DNA of 64,000 nucleotides from Parcubacteria group bacterium (GTDB taxonomy: Bacteria; Patescibacteriota; Minisyncoccia; Phycocordibacterales; UBA2135), in assembly GCA_016204045.1 (NCBI GenBank), contig JACQLQ010000004.1:100927-164926 (forward strand), read 5' to 3'. The notes under the pieces are model-generated. The model was not told where the DNA came from. It did no database searches and worked only from the letters and a program-made list of their open reading frames with translations. The first letter of the stretch is position 1; every line of letters starts with the position of its first letter. The translations under genes were made by a program, and so were the position numbers. Positions 45,153 through 55,280 of the stretch are shown in pieces.

Positions 45153-45991
45153 CCCTGGTGAGCAGTAGCCAACAACGCCTGTGCCTCTTTGTTGATCTTT
45201 GAGGCAACGGCTTTTTTGATACCGAACTTGGTCTCTAGGTCTTCCGCGGTGTAGGGAATGAGGTCTTGCGCAAGCATCATGCCGTGCTTTGCAAATATTT
45301 CAAGGGTGTGGCTATTAACCGATGGGAGGACTGTTACCGGATAGAGCGCGTGTTTGGCGATTAGGTTTTCGAGCGCTTCTCCGTTCGGATGGCTCCAACT
45401 TGTTGTCTTAATGTTTTTGCAGTTTGCGTATTGGATCGCGCTCAAGGTCAGCTTCGTGTTGGTGATGACCCATGCATAGTGCTTTGCTTTGCCACCCTCC
45501 TTCTTCTCCTCCACGCGCCTAATGTCGTCCAATCGCGCCCACGCATAGGCAACCACATCGACGTGCGTTTTCAAATGTGGTTTGTTTTTGTATTTTGCCT
45601 CGATGAAATAGTGCTCGTCTCCTTTGTAAGCAACAATGTCGACTTCGTGTGTGACACACTCGCCTCGTAGAAACTGGTTCCGTGCCGTCGTGTACCCCTC
45701 TGCACGTAGGATTGCCTCGACGAATTGCTCAAAGTAGAAACCCGCTGGGCCAAGCTCCGCCATACCACGTTTCAGGCTGTAGCGGGCGGCGAGACCAATG
45801 TTTTCCTTGACCAAGTGCCGGAGTGCCTCCCGAAAGATCTCTGTTGTTGTTGCCCCTGGAGAAAGGTCTTTTGCGACTGCGTTGCAAATCTTGTCTGCCA
45901 CCTCACTCGGGGCGCCCGAGGCGCGCAAAGAACCGCAAAGCTTCTCGTGCTCGAAGAGTTCTTTCTCGCCTGTTGCCTTAATAATTTCCAT
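45149..45991 (-). CDS. ATP-cone domain fused to Mrr-type restriction-endonuclease-like (PD-(D/E)xK) domain
   Basis: N-terminal MEIIKATGEKELFEHEKLCGSLRASGA is ATP-cone-like. FEQFVEAILRAEGY...EVDIVAYKGDEHYFIEAKYK matches the Mrr_cat core D...ExK. Confidence 0.5.
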   Translation of the reverse strand: MEIIKATGEKELFEHEKLCGSLRASGAPSEVADKICNAVAKDLSPGATTTEIFREALRHLVKENIGLAARYSLKRGMAELGPAGFYFEQFVEAILRAEGYTTARNQFLRGECVTHEVDIVAYKGDEHYFIEAKYKNKPHLKTHVDVVAYAWARLDDIRRVEEKKEGGKAKHYAWVITNTKLTLSAIQYANCKNIKTTSWSHPNGEALENLIAKHALYPVTVLPSVNSHTLEIFAKHGMMLAQDLIPYTAEDLETKFGIKKAVASKINKEAQALLATAHQG

Positions 45992-46085
45992 CCCGAAATT
46001 GTACCATGCCTGGGTGTCTTGAAGAAAGTTTTGCTACGGCGTATAGTGGCCTAAGACGAATGCAGTATGGTGAGGAGGGCTTCCT

Positions 46086-47510
46086 ATGTGCGGCATTATC
46101 GGAGTGGCGAACGAGAAAGAGACTGCTGCACCCGACATTTATACGGGTCTTCTTGAAATGCAACCGCGCGGCAAGGGCGGAGCTGGTATGGTAACCGCCC
46201 TTCGCGGTGACCACTACGACCTGCGCGACATGGGAGAGGTGAAAGAGGCGCTCGGCAAAGAGGCGCTCAAGCACATGCCGGGAAAAATTGGAGTGGGACA
46301 CACCCGCTACCCAAATGCCGGTACTAATTCGCCATGGAATCTGCAACCTGTGCGCGATTCCTTCCGTGGGCAGGAGTTCGACGCGAGCCACAACGGCAAC
46401 AGTGTAAATATGGGTTCGCTCCGCAGAAAGTATGGCATCCTTCATGACGAAAACGCTTCTGACACGCGCACTATTGCGGCAATCATCGCACAGTCAAAGC
46501 GAACTGATTTTGTTTCTGCACTTGTAGACACCGTTCGCGAGCTTCAGGGTTCGTTCAGCCTCATTGTCCTTTTTAATAACACACTCTACGCGCTTCGTGA
46601 TCGATTCGGCTTTCACCCGCTCCAGATCGGCATGCGTGGTAACGACATATTCATCGCTTCCGAGAGTTGCGCGTTCACGCAACCGCAGATCGGTGCTACA
46701 TTACTGCGCGACATTGGCCCTGGGGAATTGGTCACCGTCAAAGACGGACGCATTACGAGTGAGTCGTGGCTCCCCTCGGGGGTCGCAGCGACCCTCCGTT
46801 TCGATATCTTCGAGTTTATCTATTTCATGTCTCCGCACAGTGTCGTCGAGGGTGTGGAGGTAGGTAGTGCACGCGAAGAAATGGGAAAACGTCTCGCACG
46901 GCTCCACCCAGTCCCAACCGACATCGTCGTCCCCGTGCCTGATTCTGGAAACCAGGCGGCACAAGGGTACTACGAGGAACTCAAACTGACGCAAGCGCAG
47001 GTGCGCTTCACTCCGTGGGCATTCTTCCGCCCGCACACTGTCGGGCGCACATTCATCGATCCCATAGCCGAGCTCCGCGCAGAACTCGTAAAGTCGAAGC
47101 TACGACCCAGGCCTGCTGTGCTTAGCAGGAAAAATGCAACAGTTCTGGACGATTCGGAAGTCCGCGGCAATACCATGAAAAGAGCGGTGATCATGGCACG
47201 AGAGTCGGGCGCAAAAAGGGTGGACGGACGCATCGCTTCTGACCTCTACCGTTTCCCCGACTACTATGGCATGGACACGTACCGCTACGGAGAAGAGCTC
47301 ATTGCGAGAAAACACGACGGGGATGTCGAAGCGATCGCTCGTGAATGTGGGCTCGACACTTTGGGTTATCTCCCGAATGATCTTGTTATCGAGGCGATCC
47401 TCGCTGTGCGTGGACCGAACTCCCCCCTCACGAAAGATTCTTTCTATGACGGTCCCTTTACTGGCAACTACCCTGACGGTATTGGCGACTTCGCTCACAG
47501 CAATACATAA
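46086..47510 (+). CDS. purF: Amidophosphoribosyltransferase
   Basis: N-terminal MCGIIG (Ntn Cys1) and a PRTase domain with VLDDSEVRGNT. Confidence 0.9.
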   Translation: MCGIIGVANEKETAAPDIYTGLLEMQPRGKGGAGMVTALRGDHYDLRDMGEVKEALGKEALKHMPGKIGVGHTRYPNAGTNSPWNLQPVRDSFRGQEFDASHNGNSVNMGSLRRKYGILHDENASDTRTIAAIIAQSKRTDFVSALVDTVRELQGSFSLIVLFNNTLYALRDRFGFHPLQIGMRGNDIFIASESCAFTQPQIGATLLRDIGPGELVTVKDGRITSESWLPSGVAATLRFDIFEFIYFMSPHSVVEGVEVGSAREEMGKRLARLHPVPTDIVVPVPDSGNQAAQGYYEELKLTQAQVRFTPWAFFRPHTVGRTFIDPIAELRAELVKSKLRPRPAVLSRKNATVLDDSEVRGNTMKRAVIMARESGAKRVDGRIASDLYRFPDYYGMDTYRYGEELIARKHDGDVEAIARECGLDTLGYLPNDLVIEAILAVRGPNSPLTKDSFYDGPFTGNYPDGIGDFAHSNT

Positions 47511-47516
47511 AAAAGC

Positions 47517-47541
47517 AAACCACCTTTCCGGGTGGTTTTTT
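47517..47541 (+). terminator. Rho-independent terminator of purF
   Basis: aaaccacc-tttccg-ggtggttt followed by TTTT. Confidence 0.6.
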
Positions 47542-47617
47542 AACAAGAAAAAAGGCCTTCCGTGCCTGCGCTTTCGCGTGGGCAGTAGAAGACCTGTGTC
47601 AGCGCCGAGGCTGACCG

Positions 47618-48133
47618 TTAATTTTTTGCGAGCGCCCGTACGCGGGCCATCGCTGGATCGTCGGGGAACATGTCCGCAACACACTCCGCCGACAGTGACG
47701 GGAGGTCGCGGATATCCGGAAGCCATGTCACGTAGAGGTAGTCACGACTTTCCTGGAACCACCCGAGCATGTTACCGGTCTTCTTCGAAGGATCGACGAC
47801 CGTTTGATGCGACATGTCGAAGACTGCTCCGAGGGCTCGGCTTCCACGACGGAAGTTCATAGAATCCTCCACGACCTCCACGACGACTTCGGGACCAGCC
47901 GGGAAGAAAGCGCCCGCCGTCTTCCCGCGCCAATGCCATTCGACGAACCGGAGATCCATTCCCAGACTCTTGTTTGCGGCGTCAGTGCACCATACGCCAC
48001 CATCATCTTCTGGGAGAGCAGCGACCGGGCTGGTGCTTGCCGGAGGAAAAATAAAACTCATGAGGGCGAAAAAGCCAACGACTAGAACGAAAACAGCAAC
48101 CGTTGCTACGGTCGACTGTCGTACTCGTACCAT
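47618..48133 (-). CDS. Membrane-anchored hypothetical protein (171 aa)
   Basis: N-terminal TM helix then a soluble domain. No family. Confidence 0.4.
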   Translation of the reverse strand: MVRVRQSTVATVAVFVLVVGFFALMSFIFPPASTSPVAALPEDDGGVWCTDAANKSLGMDLRFVEWHWRGKTAGAFFPAGPEVVVEVVEDSMNFRRGSRALGAVFDMSHQTVVDPSKKTGNMLGWFQESRDYLYVTWLPDIRDLPSLSAECVADMFPDDPAMARVRALAKN

Positions 48134-48239
48134 GCGCGTGACCTCCTTGTTGTTGCCTCGTTTGCAACTATAGCATGTGTATATAAAAAGTCAATCCCCA
48201 CCTGGTTTGGGGGTGGGGATTACTCTTTACGTGGCATCG

Positions 48240-48752
48240 TTATTGGTTGGCCGTGTCTTGGCTACGTGCCCATTCAGCTCTCTTGCGATTTGCCCTCTGG
48301 TTTTCTGCCAGGACAAGCTCATCATAAATACCGTCAATAAGATTGTGCCCCTTTGCGTCATTAAGCGTGACCCATGCATAGGAGTCTGCCTCCCCTTCCT
48401 GAAGCGTGATCTCACCACCGGCGTATTCGGCGATACAAGAAATGACGAGTGAGGGACTCCCGTCTTCATGCACCGTCGCCAAACTTGTGAGGTATTCAAT
48501 ATTCTCTATGTCGAGGCCCACTTCTTCCTTAACCTCACGTCGAAGTGTCCGTTCGAGCACGTTGTACCAGTAGAACTTCGTATCCTTCTTGAGTTTGAGA
48601 TAGTCGTCCGTTTCGAGCTTGCCTCCCGGTACGGTCCACATGCTCGGGAACCGCTTCTTGTTTGATGAACGGCGGATTATAAGAAACTTGCCGTCCTTGT
48701 CAGCGATGATTGCGGTAATCGCAACTTCGTGGAGATGTTTGTTTTCTGTCAT
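48240..48752 (-). CDS. NUDIX hydrolase (variant Nudix box)
   Basis: GGKLETDDYLKLKKDTKFYWYNVLERTLRREVKEEVG is a Nudix box with an insertion. ATG at 48752; the listed ORF begins with TTG at 48830. Confidence 0.65.
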   Translation of the reverse strand: MTENKHLHEVAITAIIADKDGKFLIIRRSSNKKRFPSMWTVPGGKLETDDYLKLKKDTKFYWYNVLERTLRREVKEEVGLDIENIEYLTSLATVHEDGSPSLVISCIAEYAGGEITLQEGEADSYAWVTLNDAKGHNLIDGIYDELVLAENQRANRKRAEWARSQDTANQ

Positions 48753-48870
48753 TCTGATAAGTGTATACGAAATAAGTACGCTCGACAAACGTATCATTGA
48801 CGACTCTTTTGCCTCGTGCTGAAGATGCAAATATCACAACTTTTCTCATGTACACTATAGTTTTAATAGT

Positions 48871-49842
48871 ATGCGTGATGCGATACAAAACTTCGCACAA
48901 CAATTCTCCTTTGAGCCAGAAATCAGAAACGGAGGAAACTTTACACCCCGTCCCAAACTCCTGATTGCCGGAATGGGCGGTTCGCACCTTGCCGCGGGAC
49001 TCTTGAAGACGATGCTCCCGGAACGCGACATTGTGATTCACCGCAGTTATGGCCTCCCTCGCCACATGAGCGACCTCGGAGAGCGGCTTTTTGTCGCAAG
49101 TTCATACTCGGGCAATACCGAGGAAACCGTCTCCGCCCTTGAAGAAGCATTGGAGCGACGCCTCCCTTCTGTCGTCATCTCTACGGGGGGGATACTTGGC
49201 GGCATGGCGGAAGAGCACTCACTCCCCTACATCCAGCTCCCCAAAACGGGCATCCAGCCGCGCGCCGCGATCGGCTTCGCCTTCCGGGCACTGCTTGCCG
49301 TATTGAGCGAGAAAGACATGCTCGACCTAAGCGCGAAGTTCGCAAACACATTCAATGCAGGTTCGTATGAGGATGCCGGCCGAGCACTCGCACAAATGCT
49401 TCGCGACTCTATTCCCGTCATCTACTCCTCCGAAAAAAACGAAGCACTCGCGTATCACTGGAAGATTACTTTTAACGAAACAGGCAAAATCCCCGCCCTC
49501 TACAATCTCCTCCCCGAACTCAACCACAACGAGATGTCGGGTTTTGACGTAAGGGACGCGACTCGACACCTTTCGGAAAAATTCTATTTTATCTTTCTTC
49601 GTGACGGGGATGACCATCCCCGCGTACTGAAGCGAATGGATATTCTCACAGAAGAATACAGGAACCGTGGACTTCGTGTCTTGGTGGTACACCTCAACAC
49701 AGAAGGCGACAAATACACAAAGATATTCTCCCTTGTCGTCCTCGCAAGCTGGGCCGCGTACCACACGGCAGTTGGGTATACGCTCGACCCCGAGGAAGAC
49801 CTTCCTTTCGTTGCAGATTTCAAAAAGAGAATGGCGGACTAG
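48871..49842 (+). CDS. pgi: Bifunctional phosphoglucose/phosphomannose isomerase (SIS-domain, archaeal-type PGI/PMI)
   Basis: SSYSGNTEET SIS motif. 323 aa. Confidence 0.75.
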   Translation: MRDAIQNFAQQFSFEPEIRNGGNFTPRPKLLIAGMGGSHLAAGLLKTMLPERDIVIHRSYGLPRHMSDLGERLFVASSYSGNTEETVSALEEALERRLPSVVISTGGILGGMAEEHSLPYIQLPKTGIQPRAAIGFAFRALLAVLSEKDMLDLSAKFANTFNAGSYEDAGRALAQMLRDSIPVIYSSEKNEALAYHWKITFNETGKIPALYNLLPELNHNEMSGFDVRDATRHLSEKFYFIFLRDGDDHPRVLKRMDILTEEYRNRGLRVLVVHLNTEGDKYTKIFSLVVLASWAAYHTAVGYTLDPEEDLPFVADFKKRMAD

Positions 49843-49903
49843 CTCTAGACATGGAGAAGTGCCGTATGGTACGATGAGCGCAACTAAAAACTAATTAAAT
49901 ACA

Positions 49904-50641
49904 ATGGATACCAACAACAACGTCCAACTCCAGAATCTTTATGTCCCGGGCGCGATCGTTCTCGCCGGAGTTATTATCGCCGGAGCAGTCTTCCTCTCCT
50001 CTTCAAAGGAAGGCACTACCGCGGCAGTAAGTGAAACGGTCGTCGACGCAACGGAGGTCATGGAGCCGATCTCTCCTGTCGACCACATCTTGGGAGCACC
50101 CAACGCTCCAGTCGTCATTGTTGAGTATTCTGACCTTGAGTGTCCGTTCTGCAAAGATTTCCATGAGACAATGAAGATGGTAATGAAGGAATACGGTGAG
50201 CAGAGACAAGTTGCATGGATTTTCCGCCACGCGCCACTCACCCAACTCCACTCTAAGGCGGTCACAGAAGCAGAGGCTGCGGAATGTGCGGCAGAGCTTG
50301 GTGGGACGGTGAAGTTCTGGGAATACATAGACCGAGTCTTTACGCTGACACCGTCGAACGACGGACTCGACCTCGCATTACTTCCTGATATTGCAGAAGA
50401 TGTGGGCCTTTCGCGCAAAAACTTTGAAGCATGTCTCAAGAACAACACATTCGAAGAAAAGATTCTTGGCCAGCTGAACGATGGAGTAAACACAGCGCAA
50501 GCTCTCGGTCTTAACTTCGGAACTCCTTTTAGCATCTTTATAGAGAGAGACGGCAGGGCACAGCCGATCTCTGGCGCGCAATCATACGAATCATTGAAGT
50601 TCATGATCGACGAAGCGCTTGCCAAGACCGCTCAAGAATAG
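49904..50641 (+). CDS. DsbA-family thiol:disulfide oxidoreductase (membrane-anchored)
   Basis: N-terminal TM helix and a thioredoxin fold with CPFC active site. Confidence 0.75.
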   Translation: MDTNNNVQLQNLYVPGAIVLAGVIIAGAVFLSSSKEGTTAAVSETVVDATEVMEPISPVDHILGAPNAPVVIVEYSDLECPFCKDFHETMKMVMKEYGEQRQVAWIFRHAPLTQLHSKAVTEAEAAECAAELGGTVKFWEYIDRVFTLTPSNDGLDLALLPDIAEDVGLSRKNFEACLKNNTFEEKILGQLNDGVNTAQALGLNFGTPFSIFIERDGRAQPISGAQSYESLKFMIDEALAKTAQE

Positions 50642-50645
50642 GCAC

Positions 50646-50675
50646 AAAAAAACCCGCGAAATAGCGGGTTTTTTG
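50646..50675 (+). terminator. Rho-independent terminator
   Basis: aaaaaaacccgcgaaatagcgggttttttg. Confidence 0.6.
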
Positions 50676-50742
50676 TTTCCCTTAGGGGTATTGCTTTTTT
50701 GTGATAAGTGTGATATAATTAAAGTTGGATTGGAGGTGTGGA

Positions 50743-50964
50743 ATGAACAAATATTTCGCAGACCTGTGGCGTTCGCGCCACAAGTACTTCGCCGATCTGG
50801 CACGCGTATGGCGGCCCTCGGGCAAAGCGTCTGTGGCTGCCCTCGCCAACCTGTTTGACCCATGGAGGCTCGCAAAGAGCGTCTTCTGGCTCATCGGCGC
50901 GCTTGCCACATCGATCGTGAAGACGATCTTCTTCTCGGCGAAGCTCGCGCTTCGCATGTACTAG
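50743..50964 (+). CDS. Small hypothetical protein (73 aa)
   Basis: GGAGGTG SD then ATG. Internal repeat KYFADLWRSRHKYFADLARVWR. Confidence 0.35.
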   Translation: MNKYFADLWRSRHKYFADLARVWRPSGKASVAALANLFDPWRLAKSVFWLIGALATSIVKTIFFSAKLALRMY

Positions 50965-50974
50965 GGAGGACACG

Positions 50975-51226
50975 ATGCAACGCTGGTTCCGGTTCTTTTT
51001 TGGTTCACGTGTTCGGGCAGGCACTACAACGCTTGCCCTCATCGTCCTCGGGGCAATCCACTACTTCGCCCCGGGGACACTGACGCAGATCGCGGTCGGA
51101 ACAGTAGACGAGTTGGGCCCACTTTTGAATATGGTGCTCGTCTACGGCATCGCCTTCGCCCTTCTCATCTGGGCGTTCCGTCTGCTCCTTCGCCCTTTCA
51201 CGGGCAAACGCGGCAAGTCATCCTGA
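50975..51226 (+). CDS. Small membrane protein (83 aa)
   Basis: AGGGAGGA SD. Two TM helices. Confidence 0.4.
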   Translation: MQRWFRFFFGSRVRAGTTTLALIVLGAIHYFAPGTLTQIAVGTVDELGPLLNMVLVYGIAFALLIWAFRLLLRPFTGKRGKSS

Positions 51227-51241
51227 CTGCCGCGTTTTTTG

Positions 51242-52057
51242 TTATAAACCCAAGCGATAGATATCAAACGAGTTTTCTCCCTCAAACATATCCGAGGGGT
51301 TGGGCAGAAAGACCTTCGTCCGCATAAGTTCTGCTGTCGCGTCGTTTACCAGGCGGTGAAAGATTGCGAACTCTTCATCGCATTTGTCGAAATCAATAGT
51401 ATAGCGCCGCATCTGCGATGACCCGTCCGCATTCTTAGTCTTCTTGCACTCTTGCAAGATGAAGCGCCGGACCGGCCGCTTAAATTCACTTTGCACTGTG
51501 TAGTAGTTGAAGATCGCCTGGATGACGAAGAGTGTCTTTTGCGAGCCCCCGGCACTCCACGAATCGACAAACTTGTGGTCAATAATGTCGAGCGCCTTCG
51601 GGTCGACACGCGACTCGACGACCAAGTCAGAGACTGCCTTAATGGGGAGCGGCAGACCCTTCACATTAGCCATTCCCCTCACCTCGACGCCAAGCACTTT
51701 GTGCCGGGGTGGCCGAGCAAGATAAAAAGCGATGGCACGAAGATAGTCGCGCTCCATCTGGAGACGTTTTTTCTTTTTTGCAAGACGCGAGGTGGCTTTC
51801 CCAAAGTTAATTTCGAAATCAGGGACATTGCAGAGGTAATCGAGACCGAGCTGTATAGCCCCTTCTTTCTCTATACCACCATAGAAGTGTTGGAGCGCAA
51901 CATGCCCGGCGCGCCCGATAATTGAGGCCGGGGTTCCCGGTGTGTCATATACTTCTTCGACATAGCGCTTGTACCATGCCAAGGGATTCCGGAGAAAAGT
52001 TATGAGCGACGAGTAACTCCAGTGTGCAATGGGAAACTCCTTCCCAGAAGATTTCAT
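51242..52057 (-). CDS. Hypothetical protein (271 aa), possible nuclease-like fold
   Basis: No secure motifs. ALDIIDHKF could be part of a PD-(D/E)xK core. Confidence 0.3.
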   Translation of the reverse strand: MKSSGKEFPIAHWSYSSLITFLRNPLAWYKRYVEEVYDTPGTPASIIGRAGHVALQHFYGGIEKEGAIQLGLDYLCNVPDFEINFGKATSRLAKKKKRLQMERDYLRAIAFYLARPPRHKVLGVEVRGMANVKGLPLPIKAVSDLVVESRVDPKALDIIDHKFVDSWSAGGSQKTLFVIQAIFNYYTVQSEFKRPVRRFILQECKKTKNADGSSQMRRYTIDFDKCDEEFAIFHRLVNDATAELMRTKVFLPNPSDMFEGENSFDIYRLGL

Positions 52058-52149
52058 GTAGGCAGTATAACACGCTGGGGCTCCACGTTCAGAGTGGTTG
52101 ACAAAGATTCAATAACGGTATCTAGTGTACATAGACAGAGGAGGCCGGT

Positions 52150-53001
52150 GTGGTGACCCTCAACGTTTTACTGTTTTTGAGTGTCCTCGTCCTGCTCTAC
52201 ACAACGCTCTGTAAAGTCCTTTCTCATGGATTCCTGCGGATAGACAATAGTAAGTTCCGGAAGATAGACCCTGAACCATTGGGCAATGCTGCTACTGGAG
52301 ATGCTCAATCATTGGCCATCCAAAACATTAACATTGAGATGTTGGCACAAAAATACACAAGGCTTGCCCAACTCCCCACGGCAGTAATCCTGAGAGTGAC
52401 AACGGGAATTCCAATCGCCGCTCTGATCAACATGACACAGATGACTTTCGGGAATGCCCGCACATCTCCCGTCTTGGCCCTTTCGGAGGACGCCATTGAA
52501 AGTCTTGGTGGTGACGAAGTTGTCGAGGCTATACTTGCCCACGAAATCGCGCATGGTTACAAGCCAAAGAGACTGAGTATATTTGTGCGGCTTGGCTTAC
52601 TTGTTGCGGAGCTTTCCCTGCAACGTCTCTGGCTCTTCTTAACACTTGTGGGTGCCCTCTTTTTTGCCATAATGGCATTCGAGGGCACACAGACCTCTGC
52701 GAATATTGCGCTGTTGGGGGCGCTTCTCCCATTGACTCTTCTTTCTCTCTTTGAGATGGCTGGTAACGTACTAGACCGCCGCGAAGAGTACCGCGCAGAC
52801 GCCTACGCCGCATTGTGGAATAAGAGAAATGCAGAGAGGCTCATTGGGTTTTTCAAACGTGATTTAGCACATCTCGAGGGAAGGATGAAAACTATTGTTT
52901 TTTATTTCGCACTCCCGTTTATGACACACCCACACCCCTCTCAGCGCACCAAACGTCTGAAGCGGTTTCTAGAGCGAGAAGGGAACGTAGCCCCGGCATG
53001 A
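52150..53001 (+). CDS. M48-family zinc metallopeptidase (HtpX-like)
   Basis: HEIAH zinc motif flanked by TM helices, and a C-terminal HPHPSQRTKRL. Confidence 0.7.
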   Translation: MVTLNVLLFLSVLVLLYTTLCKVLSHGFLRIDNSKFRKIDPEPLGNAATGDAQSLAIQNINIEMLAQKYTRLAQLPTAVILRVTTGIPIAALINMTQMTFGNARTSPVLALSEDAIESLGGDEVVEAILAHEIAHGYKPKRLSIFVRLGLLVAELSLQRLWLFLTLVGALFFAIMAFEGTQTSANIALLGALLPLTLLSLFEMAGNVLDRREEYRADAYAALWNKRNAERLIGFFKRDLAHLEGRMKTIVFYFALPFMTHPHPSQRTKRLKRFLEREGNVAPA

Positions 53002-53013
53002 ACCGGGGTTTTT
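52985..53013 (+). terminator. Terminator overlapping the M48 stop codon
   Basis: ccccgg-catgaa-ccgggg followed by TTTTT. A second hairpin lies at 53041..53070. Confidence 0.5.
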
Positions 53014-53202
53014 AATTGAGATGCTCTCCATAATACGAAACCAGCCCCGACGGTCGGGGCTGGTTTCTTACTTATAAATAGGTGGCCGGAGGTGCCAGAC
53101 TAATGAATTATAGTGCTGGCGAAGATACCGGCAAGAGTTATAATAATTGCTTTTTCCATACCCCAATTATAGCATAGTGGGGTATTGTTGTCAAGTGCTT
53201 GA

Positions 53203-53967
53203 TTAGGTGAGCTGATACTTCGCTTCAATAGCCTTAAAAAACCGCTCCGCAACCTCATCGCGTGCTTTCCAAACCGAAAGTGATTCAGGGTTTCCCTCGT
53301 CATCAAGGAAAAGGGTGGCGCTGCTACTCTCCTTAAGGTTAGGCATCGAGAGTTCGCGAGCGAGAGCGTGTACCCGCGCCTGCTGGTTTTTGTACTTCTT
53401 GTGAAGCACCGTTATCAATATCTCCGCTTCATCCGCCTTTCTCTCATGCCACACTACATCGAGAAGGTCACAACTTGGATGCTCTGCGTCTTTAACCGCA
53501 GCGAAGCCACGTAGCTTAACGCGTTGTTCCCCAGTCTCTGTTGAGAGACGCATACTCCTTTTTTGACCCATAGGATGCGAAGAAAGAAGCCGGTAGGCAC
53601 TCTCCACTAAATCTCCTTCGCTTTCTACTCGATCTGGATCATATGCAGACTCGGCACCAGCTTTCGCTCTGTCACGAAACAGTTGCAAACGCCAGGAATC
53701 GAGTGACCACTGCTGTCGCCATACCTCTTCAACATCATCAACCAAAATATGCCTTCTTGTAGAAAGCATCAATTCATGTGCAATGGCCTCGATCTTCTCC
53801 CCCACTTCTTTGCATTTTGTTTCAAATGCTGTAAGTTCGCGTGCGAGTTCTAATTTCTCGCCAGGACGCATTGGGGTATCCCCTCTCATTTTCACAACTG
53901 GTCCATCTGCTAAATATGGATGCGCTGGTTCTACTGAAACAATTTTCTGTTTTGGGGCCTCACTCAT
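53203..53967 (-). CDS. Hypothetical protein (254 aa)
   Basis: Clean ORF upstream of rpoD. No family. Confidence 0.4.
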   Translation of the reverse strand: MSEAPKQKIVSVEPAHPYLADGPVVKMRGDTPMRPGEKLELARELTAFETKCKEVGEKIEAIAHELMLSTRRHILVDDVEEVWRQQWSLDSWRLQLFRDRAKAGAESAYDPDRVESEGDLVESAYRLLSSHPMGQKRSMRLSTETGEQRVKLRGFAAVKDAEHPSCDLLDVVWHERKADEAEILITVLHKKYKNQQARVHALARELSMPNLKESSSATLFLDDEGNPESLSVWKARDEVAERFFKAIEAKYQLT

Positions 53968-53975
53968 GCAAACAC

Positions 53976-55247
53976 TTAATAACTCTCGAGTCTTCGTGCG
54001 CGGTCGTGGTGACGAATCTTCTCGTGTGCCTTGGCTTCGATTTGGCGAATACGTTCACGGGTCACACCAAACTCACGCCCCACCTCTTCCAAGGTGTGGA
54101 CAGTGCCGTCAATAAGGCCGTGACGCATTTCGAGAATCTTGCGCTCCTTGGGAGAAAGATCATCCAATATCTCTTTGATTTGATCTCGAAGAATACGTAG
54201 TGATGCCTCTTGCGATGGAGAATCTATCTTTTCGTCTTCGATAAAGTCGCCGAAGGTTGATTTCTCATCATCCTCGCCCACCGGACTCTCGAGCGAAATG
54301 GTGTCTTGGTCAATGTTTTGAATTATGTAAATCTTTTTCACGTCGAGCCCCATCTCTGCGGCAATCTCTTCTGCCAAGGGGTCGCGACCCAAGTCTTGGG
54401 CAAGCCGACGCACCACCTGCTTGTACTTCGCGATGGTCTCCACCATGTGGACAGGAATACGAATGGTTCGCGACTGGTCAGCGAGCGCGCGCGTAATTGC
54501 CTGCCGAATCCACCATGTAGCATATGTTGAAAACTTGAAGCCTTTGGTTGGTTCGAATTTCTCAATCGCTTTGTATAGCCCAATGTTCCCCTCTTGGATG
54601 AGGTCGAGGAGGGTCAGATCGCGGCTTCGGCCGACGTAGCGCTTCGCAATAGAAACAACGAGACGGAGGTTCGCCTTGGCGAGGAGGTGACGCGCGTCTT
54701 CGTCCCCTTCTTTAATGCGCCGCGCGAGCGACTTTTCTTCGGCGGCAGAAATGAGCGAGTAGCGGCCGATCTCTTTAAGATACATCTGCACAGAGTCGAT
54801 AGAGGTCTCTTCATGAGCAGTAATCTTGCCGTCAAACATAGGCGTCTCATCTGCAGCAAGGAGCGACCCCGCTTCCACAAGCTCGACTCCTTCGGCGCTC
54901 AAACGTTCGTAGACGCGCTCCAGAAACACAATATCATCTTCAATGGTAGGAAATTCCTTGAGGAGTTCGTCGTGGGTCACAAAACGACGCTCACGTCCTC
55001 GGATAATGAGCTTTTCGAGCTTTGCGTCACGCGCCTCCTTCTCTTTCTTGCTGACAGGAGCTTTGGAGACGGCCTTGCCCTTACCACGCGCCACACGAGT
55101 CTTGGGGGCCTTTTTCTTGCCTTTCTTGGCTACAGGAGCCTTCTTTGCCTTAGAAGCACGCTTGCCCTTCATCCGCAAACGGGATGATTTGGAAGCCTTT
55201 TTACCCGTTTTGCGGGCACGACGGATACGCTTTAGGAGCTTTGCCAT
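53976..55247 (-). CDS. rpoD: RNA polymerase primary sigma factor with Lys/Ala-rich N-terminal extension
   Basis: Region 2 [15 protein letters not shown], and region 4 [23 protein letters not shown]. Located downstream of dnaG. Confidence 0.9.
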   Translation of the reverse strand: MAKLLKRIRRARKTGKKASKSSRLRMKGKRASKAKKAPVAKKGKKKAPKTRVARGKGKAVSKAPVSKKEKEARDAKLEKLIIRGRERRFVTHDELLKEFPTIEDDIVFLERVYERLSAEGVELVEAGSLLAADETPMFDGKITAHEETSIDSVQMYLKEIGRYSLISAAEEKSLARRIKEGDEDARHLLAKANLRLVVSIAKRYVGRSRDLTLLDLIQEGNIGLYKAIEKFEPTKGFKFSTYATWWIRQAITRALADQSRTIRIPVHMVETIAKYKQVVRRLAQDLGRDPLAEEIAAEMGLDVKKIYIIQNIDQDTISLESPVGEDDEKSTFGDFIEDEKIDSPSQEASLRILRDQIKEILDDLSPKERKILEMRHGLIDGTVHTLEEVGREFGVTRERIRQIEAKAHEKIRHHDRARRLESY

Positions 55248-55280
55248 ATATTAGAGAATGATAAAGGATTACCTCGCTAG

